Positions 10,700 to 21,311 are shown, numbered from the stretch's first letter. The stretch: 64,000 nt of DNA from an uncultured Phycisphaerales bacterium (GCA_963772725.1 CAVYYI010000001.1:448001-512000); one strand, 5' to 3'. Translations and numbers: made by a program. Notes: generated from the sequence alone by a model not told the origin.

Positions 10700-11552
10700 A
10701 GAATATATCATCGAATCCTGTATAAAGCTGAGCGGCCTTCTGGTCATCGCGTTCGTATTTTTGATATTTTTATTCTTGCTCAAGGATTCTCTCTCTTTAT
10801 TCCGCGAATACAAGCTTGGCCAGTTTCTGTTCGGCAGGAACTGGTTACCGATTTCGGAACCGCCAAAATTTGGAATGGTTCCTCTCTTGCTCGGTTCGAT
10901 ATACGTTACTGCAGGGGCGATAATTATCTGTGTTCCGCTTGGCGTTGCCTCCGCGATGTTTATCGCTGAAGTTGCGCCGAAATCCATCAAACACATTCTT
11001 AAATCACTGGTTGAAATCCTCGCCTCGATTCCGAGCGTGGTTTTAGGCTTCATCGGTATTATCTGGCTCGGGCCGTTTCTAAAAAATACTTTTGGTCTAA
11101 CCACCGGTATGTGCGGCCTGACAGGAAGTTTCCTGCTTGCATTTATGGCGCTTCCGACAATCATAAGTCTCTCGGAAGATGCTCTTGTAAGTGTACCTAA
11201 AACTTTCAAAGAAGCCGCCTACGGACTTGGTGCGACAAGATGGCAAACTCTCTGGCGAATTATGCTTCCTTCCGCACTATCAGGAATTATCGCAGGCGTA
11301 ATGCTCGGTATAGGCAGGGTTATCGGAGAAACTATGGTTGTGATGATGGTTACCGGTAATTCACCTATGATTCCACAATCGATTCTCCAGCCACTCAGAA
11401 CTCTTACCGCTACAATCGCAAGTGAAATGGGAGAAACGGTCAGCGGCTCCGAACATTATTTCGCACTTTTTGCCGTCGGTCTGGTTTTATTTATAATAAC
11501 TTTCATTATCAATTTTACCGCTGAGGTCTTTTTACGGAAGGCTAAAAAATGA
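10680..11552 (+). CDS. pstC: Second PstC
   Basis: EILASIPSVVLGF, GIGRVIGETMVV, TLTATIASEMGE. Confidence 0.93.
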   Translation: MLSKKIKEYIIESCIKLSGLLVIAFVFLIFLFLLKDSLSLFREYKLGQFLFGRNWLPISEPPKFGMVPLLLGSIYVTAGAIIICVPLGVASAMFIAEVAPKSIKHILKSLVEILASIPSVVLGFIGIIWLGPFLKNTFGLTTGMCGLTGSFLLAFMALPTIISLSEDALVSVPKTFKEAAYGLGATRWQTLWRIMLPSALSGIIAGVMLGIGRVIGETMVVMMVTGNSPMIPQSILQPLRTLTATIASEMGETVSGSEHYFALFAVGLVLFIITFIINFTAEVFLRKAKK

Positions 11553-12398
11553 ACTCTGCAAAAGTACGCGAAAAAATTGCTTTTATTATCCTCGGCTTTG
11601 CCACCATGATTGTCGTTATCCCCATATTTCTCGTAATATTCTACATAATTAAAAACGGCATAAGTACTGTAACATGGCAGTTTATTACCCAGCCGCCTCG
11701 CAACGGTATGAAGGATGGCGGCATATTTCCCGCGATTATCGGCACAATCATATTAATAATTTGCACAATGATTTTTACTCTGCCCATCGGTATTCTTTCC
11801 GCTATTTATCTCGTTGAATATGCAAAAGATAATCTCTTTACACGCTTGATTAAACTATCTGTCGTAAATCTTTCAGGTATCCCTTCTATTGTTTATGGCC
11901 TGTTCGGTTTTACGTTATTTGTCGTGTTTTTCGGGTTCGGCACATCTATCCTCGCTGGTTCTCTGACTCTTGCCATTATGAGTATGCCCGTTGTCATTAC
12001 CGCCACAAAAGAAGCCCTCGAATCCGTACCTGCCACCTACCGTGAAATCAGCCTCTCGCTCGGCGCAACCAAATGGCAGACAATCCGTTATTGCGTTTTG
12101 CCATACGCCATCCCTGGCATACTTACCGGAACTGTCCTGAGTCTTAGCAGGGCCGCAGGCGAGACAGCTCCGATTCTCTTTACGGTTGCCGCCTTTTATC
12201 TGCCTCGCCTGCCGCATTCGCTCTTTGACCAGGTTATGGCCCTGCCTTATCATTTGTATGTTATCTCAACTCAGGTTCCCAATATGCCCATAGAACTTAG
12301 TTTTGCCACAGGTCTGGTTCTGATAGCCCTGGTATTCCTGATGAATCTTGTTAGTATTATTCTGCGTGCCACATTATAGAAAGAAGAAACAATGGTAG
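11549..12398 (+). CDS. pstA: Second PstA (probable 1-base indel near 12371 truncates the tail)
   Basis: GGIFPAIIGT, YLVEYA, SRAAGETAPILFT; the ORF stops at 12379 but the shifted frame reads HYRKKKQW* to 12398, overlapping the next ATG. Confidence 0.88.
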
Positions 12399-13147
12399 CA
12401 CCGACAATTATAAAAACAGCAAATCTCAATTGCTTTTATGGCTCTCAGCAGGTACTAAAAGACCTGAATCTCGAGATATATAAAAATGAAATCCTCGGGA
12501 TTATTGGCCCTTCCAATAGCGGCAAAACCACTTTTCTGCGGGCATTGAATCGCCTTAATTATCTTTCATCCGCATACTCGCAGACTGGCGATATAGTTTT
12601 CGATAACCAGGATATAAAGCAAATCAGCGACAGTTTGTTACGCAAAAAAATCGGTATAATTTTCGCTTTGCCTCAGGTGCTGCCAATAACCATTTATGAT
12701 AATGTCGCATACGGCCCGAAAGTTCACGGAATCACCGGTAAAGCTAATATCAGTGCCATTGTTGAAGATGCTCTAAAAAAAGCGTATCTTTGGGATGAGG
12801 TCAAAGACCGGCTTAATTTGCCTGCGCCAAGACTTTCCGGAGGTCAGCAGCAGCGGCTCTGTATCGCAAGGACTCTTGCCGTCGAGCCGGAAGTGATATT
12901 ATACGATGAGCCATGTTCCGGCCTTGACCCGATTTCCACCGCAAAGGTTGAGGACGCCATGCAGCAGCTAAAAGAACATTATACCCAGGTACTCGTAACA
13001 AATAATACCAAGCAGGCGGCGCGCGTCAGTGAGCGGTGCGGTTTCTTTCTGATGGGAGAACTGGTCGAAATAGATGAGACAGATGAGCTTTTCACTAACC
13101 CTAAGGATAATCGGACAGACGATTATATAACCGGAAGATTTGGATAA
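12392..13147 (+). CDS. pstB: PstB paralog with degenerate Q-loop and H-loop
   Basis: [15 protein letters not shown] (Q-loop Gln absent), [17 protein letters not shown] (His absent), YITGRFG. Confidence 0.9.
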   Translation: MVAPTIIKTANLNCFYGSQQVLKDLNLEIYKNEILGIIGPSNSGKTTFLRALNRLNYLSSAYSQTGDIVFDNQDIKQISDSLLRKKIGIIFALPQVLPITIYDNVAYGPKVHGITGKANISAIVEDALKKAYLWDEVKDRLNLPAPRLSGGQQQRLCIARTLAVEPEVILYDEPCSGLDPISTAKVEDAMQQLKEHYTQVLVTNNTKQAARVSERCGFFLMGELVEIDETDELFTNPKDNRTDDYITGRFG

Positions 13148-13913
13148 TATGGATTTTACATCTAAAATTGAAACACAGGGGCTGAATTTATATTACGGTG
13201 AGTTTCTTGCCCTTCAGGATGTGAGTATAAAAATACCGGAGCGCAACGTTACGGCTATCATTGGCCCTTCCGGATGCGGCAAATCCACGCTCCTGCGTTG
13301 CTTCAACAGGATGAACGACCTTGTTGAAAAAATAAGAATCGAGGGCAAAATAATCCTCGAAGGCAAAAATATTCTCGAACCCGGTACCGATTTAATCTTC
13401 CTGCGAAGAAAAGTTGGAATGGTTTTTCAGCGGCCCAATGTTTTTGACCTTTCGATATATGAAAACCTCAGGTTCGGCTTGCGAATCCACAGAATGCTTA
13501 ATAAAAAATCCGAGATTATGGCGGCCATTCAAAGCGGCCTTGAGCAGGTCGGACTTTGGTGTGAGCTTAAAGACAAACTCAGAAAAAATGCCCGCACGCT
13601 TACCCTCGAGCAGCAGCAGCGGCTCTGTATCGCAAGGGTCCTGATTCTCAAACCCGACTTAATCCTGCTCGATGAGCCGTGTTCCGCTCTCGACCCGATT
13701 TCTACTTTCAAAATAGAAGAATTGCTGCGTGTTCTCAAGCAGGAATACGCGATGGTAATAGTAACCCATAATATGCAGCAGGCCGCCCGTGTATCCGATT
13801 ACACAGGCTTTCTTTATCTTGGCAGACTTATTGAATTTGGAGATACAAACCAGATTTTTACTAATCCCAGGGAAAAACTTACCGAAAATTATATCAGCGG
13901 CAATTTCGGTTAA
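13140..13913 (+). CDS. pstB: PstB paralog with degenerate signature motif
   Basis: [23 protein letters not shown] in place of LSGGQ, LLDEP, VTHN. Confidence 0.92.
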   Translation: MDNMDFTSKIETQGLNLYYGEFLALQDVSIKIPERNVTAIIGPSGCGKSTLLRCFNRMNDLVEKIRIEGKIILEGKNILEPGTDLIFLRRKVGMVFQRPNVFDLSIYENLRFGLRIHRMLNKKSEIMAAIQSGLEQVGLWCELKDKLRKNARTLTLEQQQRLCIARVLILKPDLILLDEPCSALDPISTFKIEELLRVLKQEYAMVIVTHNMQQAARVSDYTGFLYLGRLIEFGDTNQIFTNPREKLTENYISGNFG

Positions 13914-13929
13914 TTAACGGAGAAAAATT

Positions 13930-14595
13930 ATGGTAAGAAGAAATTTCAGCGAATACATTAAAGAACTTGAAAAAGACGTAACCAGGATGAGCGAAATGGT
14001 TATATCTGCCGTAAATCGCTCCATTGCGGCTCTTAAGGCCCGTGATATCAATTCCGCCAACAGGATTATCGCAGAGGATGAATTGATAAACAAAATGAGG
14101 TGGGAAACTGAGGAAAAGTGCATTCAGCTTATTGCGCTTCAGCAGCCTGTCGCCAGCGACCTGCGGGAGATTGTTGCTGTTATGAACATCATCACAGACC
14201 TTGAGCGTATGGGCGATTATGCCGAAGGGATTGCCAAGATTGTTGTTATGCTCGGTGATGAGCCGCCCGTCAAACCGCTGGTTGATATTCCGGTAATGGC
14301 TGAAAAAGCCGCCGATATGATTAAAAGGAGTATCGATGCTTTTGTACGCCGCGACGCCGAGACTGCCAAAGCCATCTGCAGGGAAGACGACCAGGTCGAT
14401 GAGGTTTACGAGCGTGTTTACAGTAACCTAATTAATATAATGGTTAAAGACCCCACCCTGATTATGAAAGCGACCCGCCTTATCTGGGCCAGCCACAACG
14501 TAGAGCGTATCGCGGACCGAGTAACGAATATCTGCGAACGTACCGTTTTTCTCGTTACCGGCAAAATGCAGAAAGTTGACGTCTCACGTTATTAA
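13930..14595 (+). CDS. phoU: Second PhoU
   Basis: QQPVASDLR, DLERMGDYA, ERIADRVTNICER. Confidence 0.95.
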   Translation: MVRRNFSEYIKELEKDVTRMSEMVISAVNRSIAALKARDINSANRIIAEDELINKMRWETEEKCIQLIALQQPVASDLREIVAVMNIITDLERMGDYAEGIAKIVVMLGDEPPVKPLVDIPVMAEKAADMIKRSIDAFVRRDAETAKAICREDDQVDEVYERVYSNLINIMVKDPTLIMKATRLIWASHNVERIADRVTNICERTVFLVTGKMQKVDVSRY

Positions 14596-14620
14596 TTCTT
14601 TAGAAAGGGGAATGCTGTGG

Positions 14621-15505
14621 TTATTCGCTTTTGATATGTGGAATCATAGCGTTACCTAAAAAAGACCATACCATTTCAGCCATAAGTTTGTGGCCTTTCT
14701 CAGTTAGATGGGCAAGGTCGGCAGTTGCGCCATCAGTGGATAGAACATTGACGAAAAAACGCTTTGGTATTAAAGTAACATTGAATTGTTTTGCCAGCCT
14801 TCTTTGTATTCTTCCATATTCAATGTCCCATGGGAAAAGCGGCAATTCCATCATAATAATTGTATTTTGCTGATTACTTATCTTTTCAAGAATCAGTCTT
14901 AAATTATGTTCGAATTGACAAGATGGTGTTGGTTCAAAAAGGTCATTGCCGCCGATTTCTATAAATATAAGGGCATTATTTTTGTCAACTTTCATCGCTT
15001 GGCTTATTGCTGTGCCGGCAGTTGCACCAGCCGCGGAAAGGTCAATCAGATTGATTCCATATTTCTTGCGAATAATTTTTGGCCAGGTCTGCTCGTCCTT
15101 GCCAGCAATCCCGGCACTTACCGAATCACCGATGACATACAAAATCTCAAAATGTTTTCCCGGTAAAAGCGGCCTTTTCAAAAACGGCACTTCCATAATA
15201 ATTGCGGTAATACACAATAAAATGACTGACAATTTAAGCACAGTATTTATCCGTCTTGTTTTGGAAAAATGCGAGCCCAAAATACAGCTTAGCAGCATAA
15301 TAATCCACACAATGTAGAACCATAGCGGAAGGGGTGTTGCGGAAAGAAATATCAAAAATACGCCTGTAATTCCTGTAAAATATCTGATTATGCGACTGAC
15401 TATTTTTATGTGTAATTCCGGTAATATGAAAGCAGCGATAAGCAGACCTGCACCTATAAAAAAAGAATAACCTGCGGCACAAAAAAATACGATCTTCATA
15501 ATCAT
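14621..15505 (-). CDS. Membrane-anchored SGNH/GDSL hydrolase
   Basis: About 4 N-terminal TM segments; GDSVS, GGND, DLAH catalytic blocks. Confidence 0.85.
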   Translation of the reverse strand: MIMKIVFFCAAGYSFFIGAGLLIAAFILPELHIKIVSRIIRYFTGITGVFLIFLSATPLPLWFYIVWIIMLLSCILGSHFSKTRRINTVLKLSVILLCITAIIMEVPFLKRPLLPGKHFEILYVIGDSVSAGIAGKDEQTWPKIIRKKYGINLIDLSAAGATAGTAISQAMKVDKNNALIFIEIGGNDLFEPTPSCQFEHNLRLILEKISNQQNTIIMMELPLFPWDIEYGRIQRRLAKQFNVTLIPKRFFVNVLSTDGATADLAHLTEKGHKLMAEMVWSFLGNAMIPHIKSE

Positions 15506-16143
15506 TTCTTTTGAAATATTTTGCTCTCGGTTCCAGCGGCGATTCTTTTAATGTTTTCCCGATGACGCATAACAACCATCAGCGGTATCGCCGCCGCCAC
15601 GATAAACAGAGGCCACAAATTGCCGAAATACCAATCGGACTTTATCGCTATCGCTGCGATTAAAACAATCGGAAATGAAACCGCTGCGATAATCGAAGCG
15701 AGCGACACATATCGCCATATAAGAACAGTTGCCAGCCATATAGCAAGAGCTCCAGCCGCGCAAACCGTATAATATGGCCACAATCCCAGCGCAACTCCAA
15801 AACTTGTCGCGACGCCTTTACCCCCTTTGAATCCCAGATATACCGGAAATATATGACCGACTATCGCTGCGCAGCCAACGCCAATCCATCCGAATAATTC
15901 CCCGACATTCGGCGACGGCGGAACATATCTCATTGCCGCCAGCGTAGGAGCTAATCCTTTTAGTACGTCCAGACCAAAACAGAAATATCCCCATTTTTTC
16001 CCAAGCGCCCTCGAAAGATTCGTCGCACCGATATTGCCGGAGCCGATATTTCGCAAATCAATCCCATAGGCCTTTGCGATAATCTGCCCGAACGGAATCG
16101 AACCAAGCAGATATGCCGCAACAATTAAAATCCCGAAAGTCAT
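15502..16143 (-). CDS. plsY: Glycerol-3-phosphate acyltransferase PlsY
   Basis: YLLGSIPFG, GSGNIGATN, DVLKG, GHIFPVYLGFKGGKGVAT, RHRENIKR. Confidence 0.96.
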   Translation of the reverse strand: MTFGILIVAAYLLGSIPFGQIIAKAYGIDLRNIGSGNIGATNLSRALGKKWGYFCFGLDVLKGLAPTLAAMRYVPPSPNVGELFGWIGVGCAAIVGHIFPVYLGFKGGKGVATSFGVALGLWPYYTVCAAGALAIWLATVLIWRYVSLASIIAAVSFPIVLIAAIAIKSDWYFGNLWPLFIVAAAIPLMVVMRHRENIKRIAAGTESKIFQKK

Positions 16144-17345
16144 TTTCGCCTCCGATATTCCTGTATCGACTCATATAACGATATTAACTGTTTAGTCACC
16201 CTGTCGATGGAAATTTTGTCTTTAAGATTATCCGTGATAATCGCATCTGACGCTCTCCTGATGTTATCTGCGTTTGTAAAATATGAAATCGCGTCAGTCA
16301 GACTTGCGATATTTTCCGGCCTGTCGATTACCTTGCCGTGCCTGCCGTCTGTGAATAAATCCGAAGCGCCGTTAAATCTTGTCGTTATCACCGGCTTACC
16401 TGCCGCCAGGGCTTCGAGAATAAATCTGCTCGACGGGTCATAAAAAGTAGGAAGAACCGCGACATCGTTTATCCCCAAGGCTTCTCCAATGTTGGGTAGA
16501 TTACCCAAAAACGCGATTCTTTTTTCGATATTTAATTTGTCCGCGATTCTGCGATACTTTGACGCCGCTCCATTACCGACAATAATTAAACAAATCTGTT
16601 TTTCAGAATTACGTTTTACAGCCTCTCCCATTGCCCTTATTAAACAACCTAAGCCTTTTAGCCTGAAATTATTTGCTGCAAAAAGAAACAGAACCGCTTT
16701 GCTCCTGTCCCTGATTTCCAGTTGACCGAATATTTGTTCCCGCAACTTTTTAACCGCCGCCTCATCTACCGGACGATTTATTTTTACCCCGTTCGGTATG
16801 ATGACTATCCGCTTTTCACCAAGCCCGTAATGACGCTTGAATTGCTCCGCTACATACTTCGATAATGCCGCCACAATCGGCCCATCGGGCTTTTGGCATA
16901 AATTCTTTTCAGTGCGAAGAAGCATACCTCTACGTATATTGGCAAATGCGGTCACTTTTTTATAACATTCGATAAACCTGTTTTGATAACTTGCCGCATT
17001 CCGCAAAATTGTTTCAGTGTAACTTCCACCTCGAGGCTGATAAATATCCGCAAACTCAAAAGGTAAAAAACTGTGAACCACATCATACCGTTCTTTTGTT
17101 AGATGCTGTTTTAACGCATCCCTGAAAATACGCCGGGGGACTCGCCTGCCTCGAAAATCTCCACACAAAATATGGACTTTGCCCGCATCGTCTTTGCCCT
17201 TTGCAGCCAGGATTTCCGCGTCAAAATCAGATGAAGACAGCTGCCCCGCCAGTTCAAACGCCGACCGCTCCGCTCCACCCAGGGCGGTATCAGCTCGCTC
17301 TATTATTATCGCAACCCTTTTTCCCATTGCTAAATTATCGCTCAA
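16140..17345 (-). CDS. GT4 glycosyltransferase (WaaG/RfaG-like, LPS core)
   Basis: GGAERS, IPNGV, NFRLKGL, LPTFYDPSSRFILEALAAGKPVITT. Confidence 0.88.
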   Translation of the reverse strand: MSDNLAMGKRVAIIIERADTALGGAERSAFELAGQLSSSDFDAEILAAKGKDDAGKVHILCGDFRGRRVPRRIFRDALKQHLTKERYDVVHSFLPFEFADIYQPRGGSYTETILRNAASYQNRFIECYKKVTAFANIRRGMLLRTEKNLCQKPDGPIVAALSKYVAEQFKRHYGLGEKRIVIIPNGVKINRPVDEAAVKKLREQIFGQLEIRDRSKAVLFLFAANNFRLKGLGCLIRAMGEAVKRNSEKQICLIIVGNGAASKYRRIADKLNIEKRIAFLGNLPNIGEALGINDVAVLPTFYDPSSRFILEALAAGKPVITTRFNGASDLFTDGRHGKVIDRPENIASLTDAISYFTNADNIRRASDAIITDNLKDKISIDRVTKQLISLYESIQEYRRRK

Positions 17346-18205
17346 ACTTCCTGGCCTGTAAATGGAATAGCTTTGTTGTGTTTTATATTATGCCGTGCCA
17401 TTTTCATGGCCTTATTTTTTATTTTTTTAATTATGACCTTATCTTTTCCAGATAGCTTTTTCACACCTGCGTAACTGCGGTAGAATCGCAGACCTGTCAC
17501 ACATTGTGAAATAACGCTTTGGCGCCGAATAATAAAGCTGTGCCAAATCCTTTACACGATACCGCTCCTCGAACAGCCTCGGCTTAAACGCTCGCGCGAG
17601 GTCTATCAGATAAAATTCGCCGCTATCACCATAAAATATATGTGCTAAATATAAATCGCGATGACGATATCCTGTCTCATGGAACTTTTTAATAAATGCC
17701 GCCAATCGTTCTAAAAAATTTCTTTTAAGTTTCACATTTTCAATTGTTGCTGGTGCGTCAAAAAACGCCGGCAGCTTTTTTCCAGCGACGCAGCGTTAGG
17801 TATCTTCTCGCTGATTACAAAACTCCTTTTCTCGAACAGTATGCCCCATTCCTGACCGCAAGCGATAATCTTAGGCACATTGATATTTGCAGCGGACAGC
17901 ATCTTTGCCGGTTCATAATCGCAGGAAGCCATACTGACTCTGTCGCCGTAACATAACCAATTTTTTAGCTGAGCAGATATCGGCGGTTTATTGTATCTTT
18001 TCAGAAATATAACAGTTTCAGGTGAATTCAGCTTAACCTGAATCCGCTGCCTATGTTTTGCAAGCTCTGTTTTTGTCAGCATTACGCCGCCAGAAAACGA
18101 AAACACCGCATCTATCGAGGTCAATCCCCGTTCTTTAAAAGCGTTTATATAATCGGCATCGCACAAAAAGGATTCCGATATTTTTACAAATTTCTGTTCA
18201 TTCAT
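17342..18205 (-). CDS. Lipopolysaccharide kinase (WaaP/InaA/Kdo family), split by two frameshifts near 17770 and 17492
   Basis: FLKRY, SFVISEKI, HRDLYLAHI, LIDL, KDLAQL; third frame reads LRFYRSY...TGQEV* ending at 17342. Confidence 0.8.
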
Positions 18206-18207
18206 CT

Positions 18208-18303
18208 TTAGCCACAGAGGACACAGAGGTCGCAGAGATAAAAGTAATTATCAATCATCAATAATCAATTCAAAAGTGTTAATTCGTGTTCATTCGTGGT
18301 TAA
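18208..18303. repeat. Composite short-repeat element inside the LPS operon
   Basis: ttagccacagaggacacagaggtcgcagag (9-mers), then aattatc/aatcatc/aataatc (7-mers), then gtgttaattcgtgttcattcgtggttaa; the last 16 nt are identical to positions 1-16. Confidence 0.75.
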
Positions 18304-18306
18304 TTA

Positions 18307-19254
18307 TTACTTTCGTTCCTGCATCATATAAAAAGTAAGCGACATCAGTTGAAAAATTATGCTGAAACTCAGCCAAATCATAACTGAATTATCCTGCCTC
18401 TCCGGGCTCATCAGGAACCAGACGCTTACCAGCAGGCAGAACAAAACTACGATTTGCATAATCCCCGCCAGCAGCCTCGTTACAGAAAACTCGCTGAACA
18501 TGTTTGTGCGATGTGATTTTCTTAATTGCTCGAGGATATTGCCAAGAAGCTCTTCAACTCTATTGCTGCCAAACTCTTCTTTTTTCGCTTCAGGCTTCTC
18601 AGCTATCCTTGTTTCCTGCTGAACTTTCGGCGGTTCTCCGGTAATTGCAGGCGTTATACTTTGCGATATTACCGCAGGTTCACTTACCGAAGGACGGCTG
18701 TATTTTTTTATGATGTTCACTGCCTCTTTTATATTTACAGCTCGAAAATCCGGCCTTGCATCTGCGCCCTCAAAAAGTTTTGTATGAGTAGGATTATCTA
18801 TAAGTATAGTCCTGCAGCCTGCCGCCGCTCCAGCCTTAATGTCACGCCCGCTGTTGCCAACTATCCACGACTGCTCGAGTTCTATATCCATATCTTTCGC
18901 TGCCGCCAGCAGCATTCCAGGTTTTGGCTTTCGCCAGTCGTCGTCCTTGCGATATTTTGCTATCACACCGTCCGGATGGTTCGGACAATAATAAATTCCG
19001 TCTAAGTACGCTCCTTTTTCAGCGAGCAGGTTCCTGAGCCGCACGTGAATATCTCCTAAAACCGCTTCGCTGACAATCCCGCGAGCTACTCCCGACTGGT
19101 TGGAAACCACCACAAGTTTGTAACCCATATTGTGAAGCTCATTCAGTGCCGCCGACACACCTTCCAGCAGTTTTACCTGCTCTGGGTCATTGATATACCC
19201 TGTGTCCTCAATCAGTGTATCATCACGGTCTAAAAATATCGCCTTATTCGCCAT
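18307..19254 (-). CDS. gmhB: D-glycero-D-manno-heptose 1,7-bisphosphate phosphatase with C-terminal two-TM extension
   Basis: FLDRDDT, VVSNQSGVARG, YYCPNHP, RKPKPGM; P/E-rich linker then two hydrophobic helices. Confidence 0.88.
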   Translation of the reverse strand: MANKAIFLDRDDTLIEDTGYINDPEQVKLLEGVSAALNELHNMGYKLVVVSNQSGVARGIVSEAVLGDIHVRLRNLLAEKGAYLDGIYYCPNHPDGVIAKYRKDDDWRKPKPGMLLAAAKDMDIELEQSWIVGNSGRDIKAGAAAGCRTILIDNPTHTKLFEGADARPDFRAVNIKEAVNIIKKYSRPSVSEPAVISQSITPAITGEPPKVQQETRIAEKPEAKKEEFGSNRVEELLGNILEQLRKSHRTNMFSEFSVTRLLAGIMQIVVLFCLLVSVWFLMSPERQDNSVMIWLSFSIIFQLMSLTFYMMQERK

Positions 19255-19256
19255 AT

Positions 19257-19841
19257 TTATTCCTGCGTAAAACTCTGCTCCACAATGTCGCATATTATAT
19301 GATATGCGAGCTGATGCAACTCCTGGCTCCTTGCCGTCGATTCGTTACCAGCACAGAAACAAACGTCCGCCATCTGGCTAAGTTTGCTGTTGCGTATACC
19401 TGTAAACGCCAGAATCTTTGCTCCCTTTTCCTTCGCTGTTTTCACCGCCGCAATTACATTGGCCGAATTTCCGCTGGTCGAAATCGCCCACAGCACATCG
19501 CTCTTATTAACTAAAGCCTCAACCTGCCGAGAAAACACCTTTTCAAAACAGTAATCATTTCCGAGTGATGTTATTGCGGAAGTATCAGTCGTCAATGCCA
19601 CCGCAGGCAACGCCTTGCGTTCGCGTCTGAATCTGCCGACAAATTCTGCCGCGATATGCTGTGCGTCTGCCGCCGAACCGCCATTCCCGCAGATATAAAG
19701 CCTGCCACCTCGGCGGATTGCTTTTATTATCATTTCCGACGCCGCATGGATTGCTGCGATTCCATTTATCTCCATATCGGCAATCATCTTCTTATGGACT
19801 TCTATCACGTCAGCAATCTGTTTTGTGAAATCTTTTTTCAT
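19257..19841 (-). CDS. gmhA: Sedoheptulose 7-phosphate isomerase
   Basis: CGNGGSAADAQHIAAE, GNDY, ISTSGNS, QELH. Confidence 0.96.
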   Translation of the reverse strand: MKKDFTKQIADVIEVHKKMIADMEINGIAAIHAASEMIIKAIRRGGRLYICGNGGSAADAQHIAAEFVGRFRRERKALPAVALTTDTSAITSLGNDYCFEKVFSRQVEALVNKSDVLWAISTSGNSANVIAAVKTAKEKGAKILAFTGIRNSKLSQMADVCFCAGNESTARSQELHQLAYHIICDIVEQSFTQE

Positions 19842-21304
19842 CAGGATTTATTTTCCAAAGCTTTCATTTTATTAATCGTTGCCGTTGAGCTTTTGCCCTC
19901 AACCAGCGGGGCGAGAACAACTTTTCCGCCGTAAGCCTCCACAAATTCACGTCCCACCACGCCTTTTTCCGCCCAGTCCTGTCCCTTAACCAGAACGTCC
20001 GGCTTTATTTTTTTAATCAGGTTAAGAGGTGTTGACTCATCGAAAATAGTTATATAATCGACTGTTTCCATTGCTCCCAAAACTGCCGCTCTGTCATTCT
20101 GATTATTTATAGGCCTGTCCGGCCCCTTAATCTTTTTTACGGAACTATCACTATTTAGACCCAAAACCACTACGTTGCCCTGCGATTTGCAGAACTTCAG
20201 AAACTCGATATGCCCCCTGTGCAGTACGTCGAAACATCCGTTGGTGAAAACTACCGTTTCCTTTTGACTCTTGCGACGTTCGATGTTTTCCAGCAGCGAT
20301 TTCTGCGAGAGCAGCTTTCCTCCTGTAACTTCATTTATAATCTCTTCGATAGTTACCGGCACTGCACCGAATTTTTCGACCTCAAGGCCGCCTGTTATAT
20401 TCGACAACCGTACCGCGGTTTTATAATCGCACCCACGCGATAGACTCACCGCTAACGTCGCCAAAACCATATCTCCTGCGCCCGTAACGTCGTAAACATT
20501 TCGAGGACGCGTCGGGATAATTTCGTCTATACCTTTTGTTTTCAGGTATGCGCCTTCTTTATCGAGCGTGATGACCGCCGCATCGAGTTTCAGCTTTTTA
20601 TAAAGCTGTTCCGCTGCTCTGGCGGCATCTTCTCTTGTTCTGACCTCAAATCCTGTTGCTGTACCGCTTTCCTTGCGGTTCGGCGTTATCAGTGTGGCAC
20701 CGGTATATTTTGAATAATCCGCCGAAAGGCACGGGTCAACGAGAACCTTTTTATTGGCCGACTTGGCCGTATCTATCATTTCCCTGCATACATAATCCGG
20801 CAGCAACCCCTTATTATAATCCTGGATGCAGACAATGTCCGCTTTTTTCAGATTTTCCTTATAGACTCTTAATATCTTTTTATACTGCTCATCTGTATAA
20901 GGCTCGGATAATTCCTCATCTACTCTCATCAATTGCTGCTTATGACGATGTTGTGCCAGCCCTATTAGTCTCTGCTTGGTAATGGTAGGGCGGTCTTTCA
21001 GCGTAAAAAGACACGTTGTATCCGCGCCGGCCTTACTAAGTATTTCGGTTACTTTTTTCCCGTTTGCGTCAGCCCCGGTATATCCGAGACACATCGGTAT
21101 CCCGCCAAGCCCGATTATATCCGCCGCCACCGACCCGGCGCCTCCGCATCTATAATTTGTTTCAGTAACTTTCAATACCGGAACCGGCGCCTCCGGACTT
21201 ATCCTCAGAGCATCGCCGTAAACATAAATATCCAGCATAAAGTCGCCAGCGACCAATACCCTCGGCGACCCCAGATTTGTCACTATTTTTAATAAGTCAT
21301 GCAT
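19841..21304 (-). CDS. hldE: Bifunctional heptose kinase/adenylyltransferase HldE (RfaE)
   Basis: RISPEAPVPV, DVTGAGD, VFTNGCFDVLHRGH, GLNSDSS. Confidence 0.95.
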   Translation of the reverse strand: MHDLLKIVTNLGSPRVLVAGDFMLDIYVYGDALRISPEAPVPVLKVTETNYRCGGAGSVAADIIGLGGIPMCLGYTGADANGKKVTEILSKAGADTTCLFTLKDRPTITKQRLIGLAQHRHKQQLMRVDEELSEPYTDEQYKKILRVYKENLKKADIVCIQDYNKGLLPDYVCREMIDTAKSANKKVLVDPCLSADYSKYTGATLITPNRKESGTATGFEVRTREDAARAAEQLYKKLKLDAAVITLDKEGAYLKTKGIDEIIPTRPRNVYDVTGAGDMVLATLAVSLSRGCDYKTAVRLSNITGGLEVEKFGAVPVTIEEIINEVTGGKLLSQKSLLENIERRKSQKETVVFTNGCFDVLHRGHIEFLKFCKSQGNVVVLGLNSDSSVKKIKGPDRPINNQNDRAAVLGAMETVDYITIFDESTPLNLIKKIKPDVLVKGQDWAEKGVVGREFVEAYGGKVVLAPLVEGKSSTATINKMKALENKS

Positions 21305-21311
21305 TATCTTC

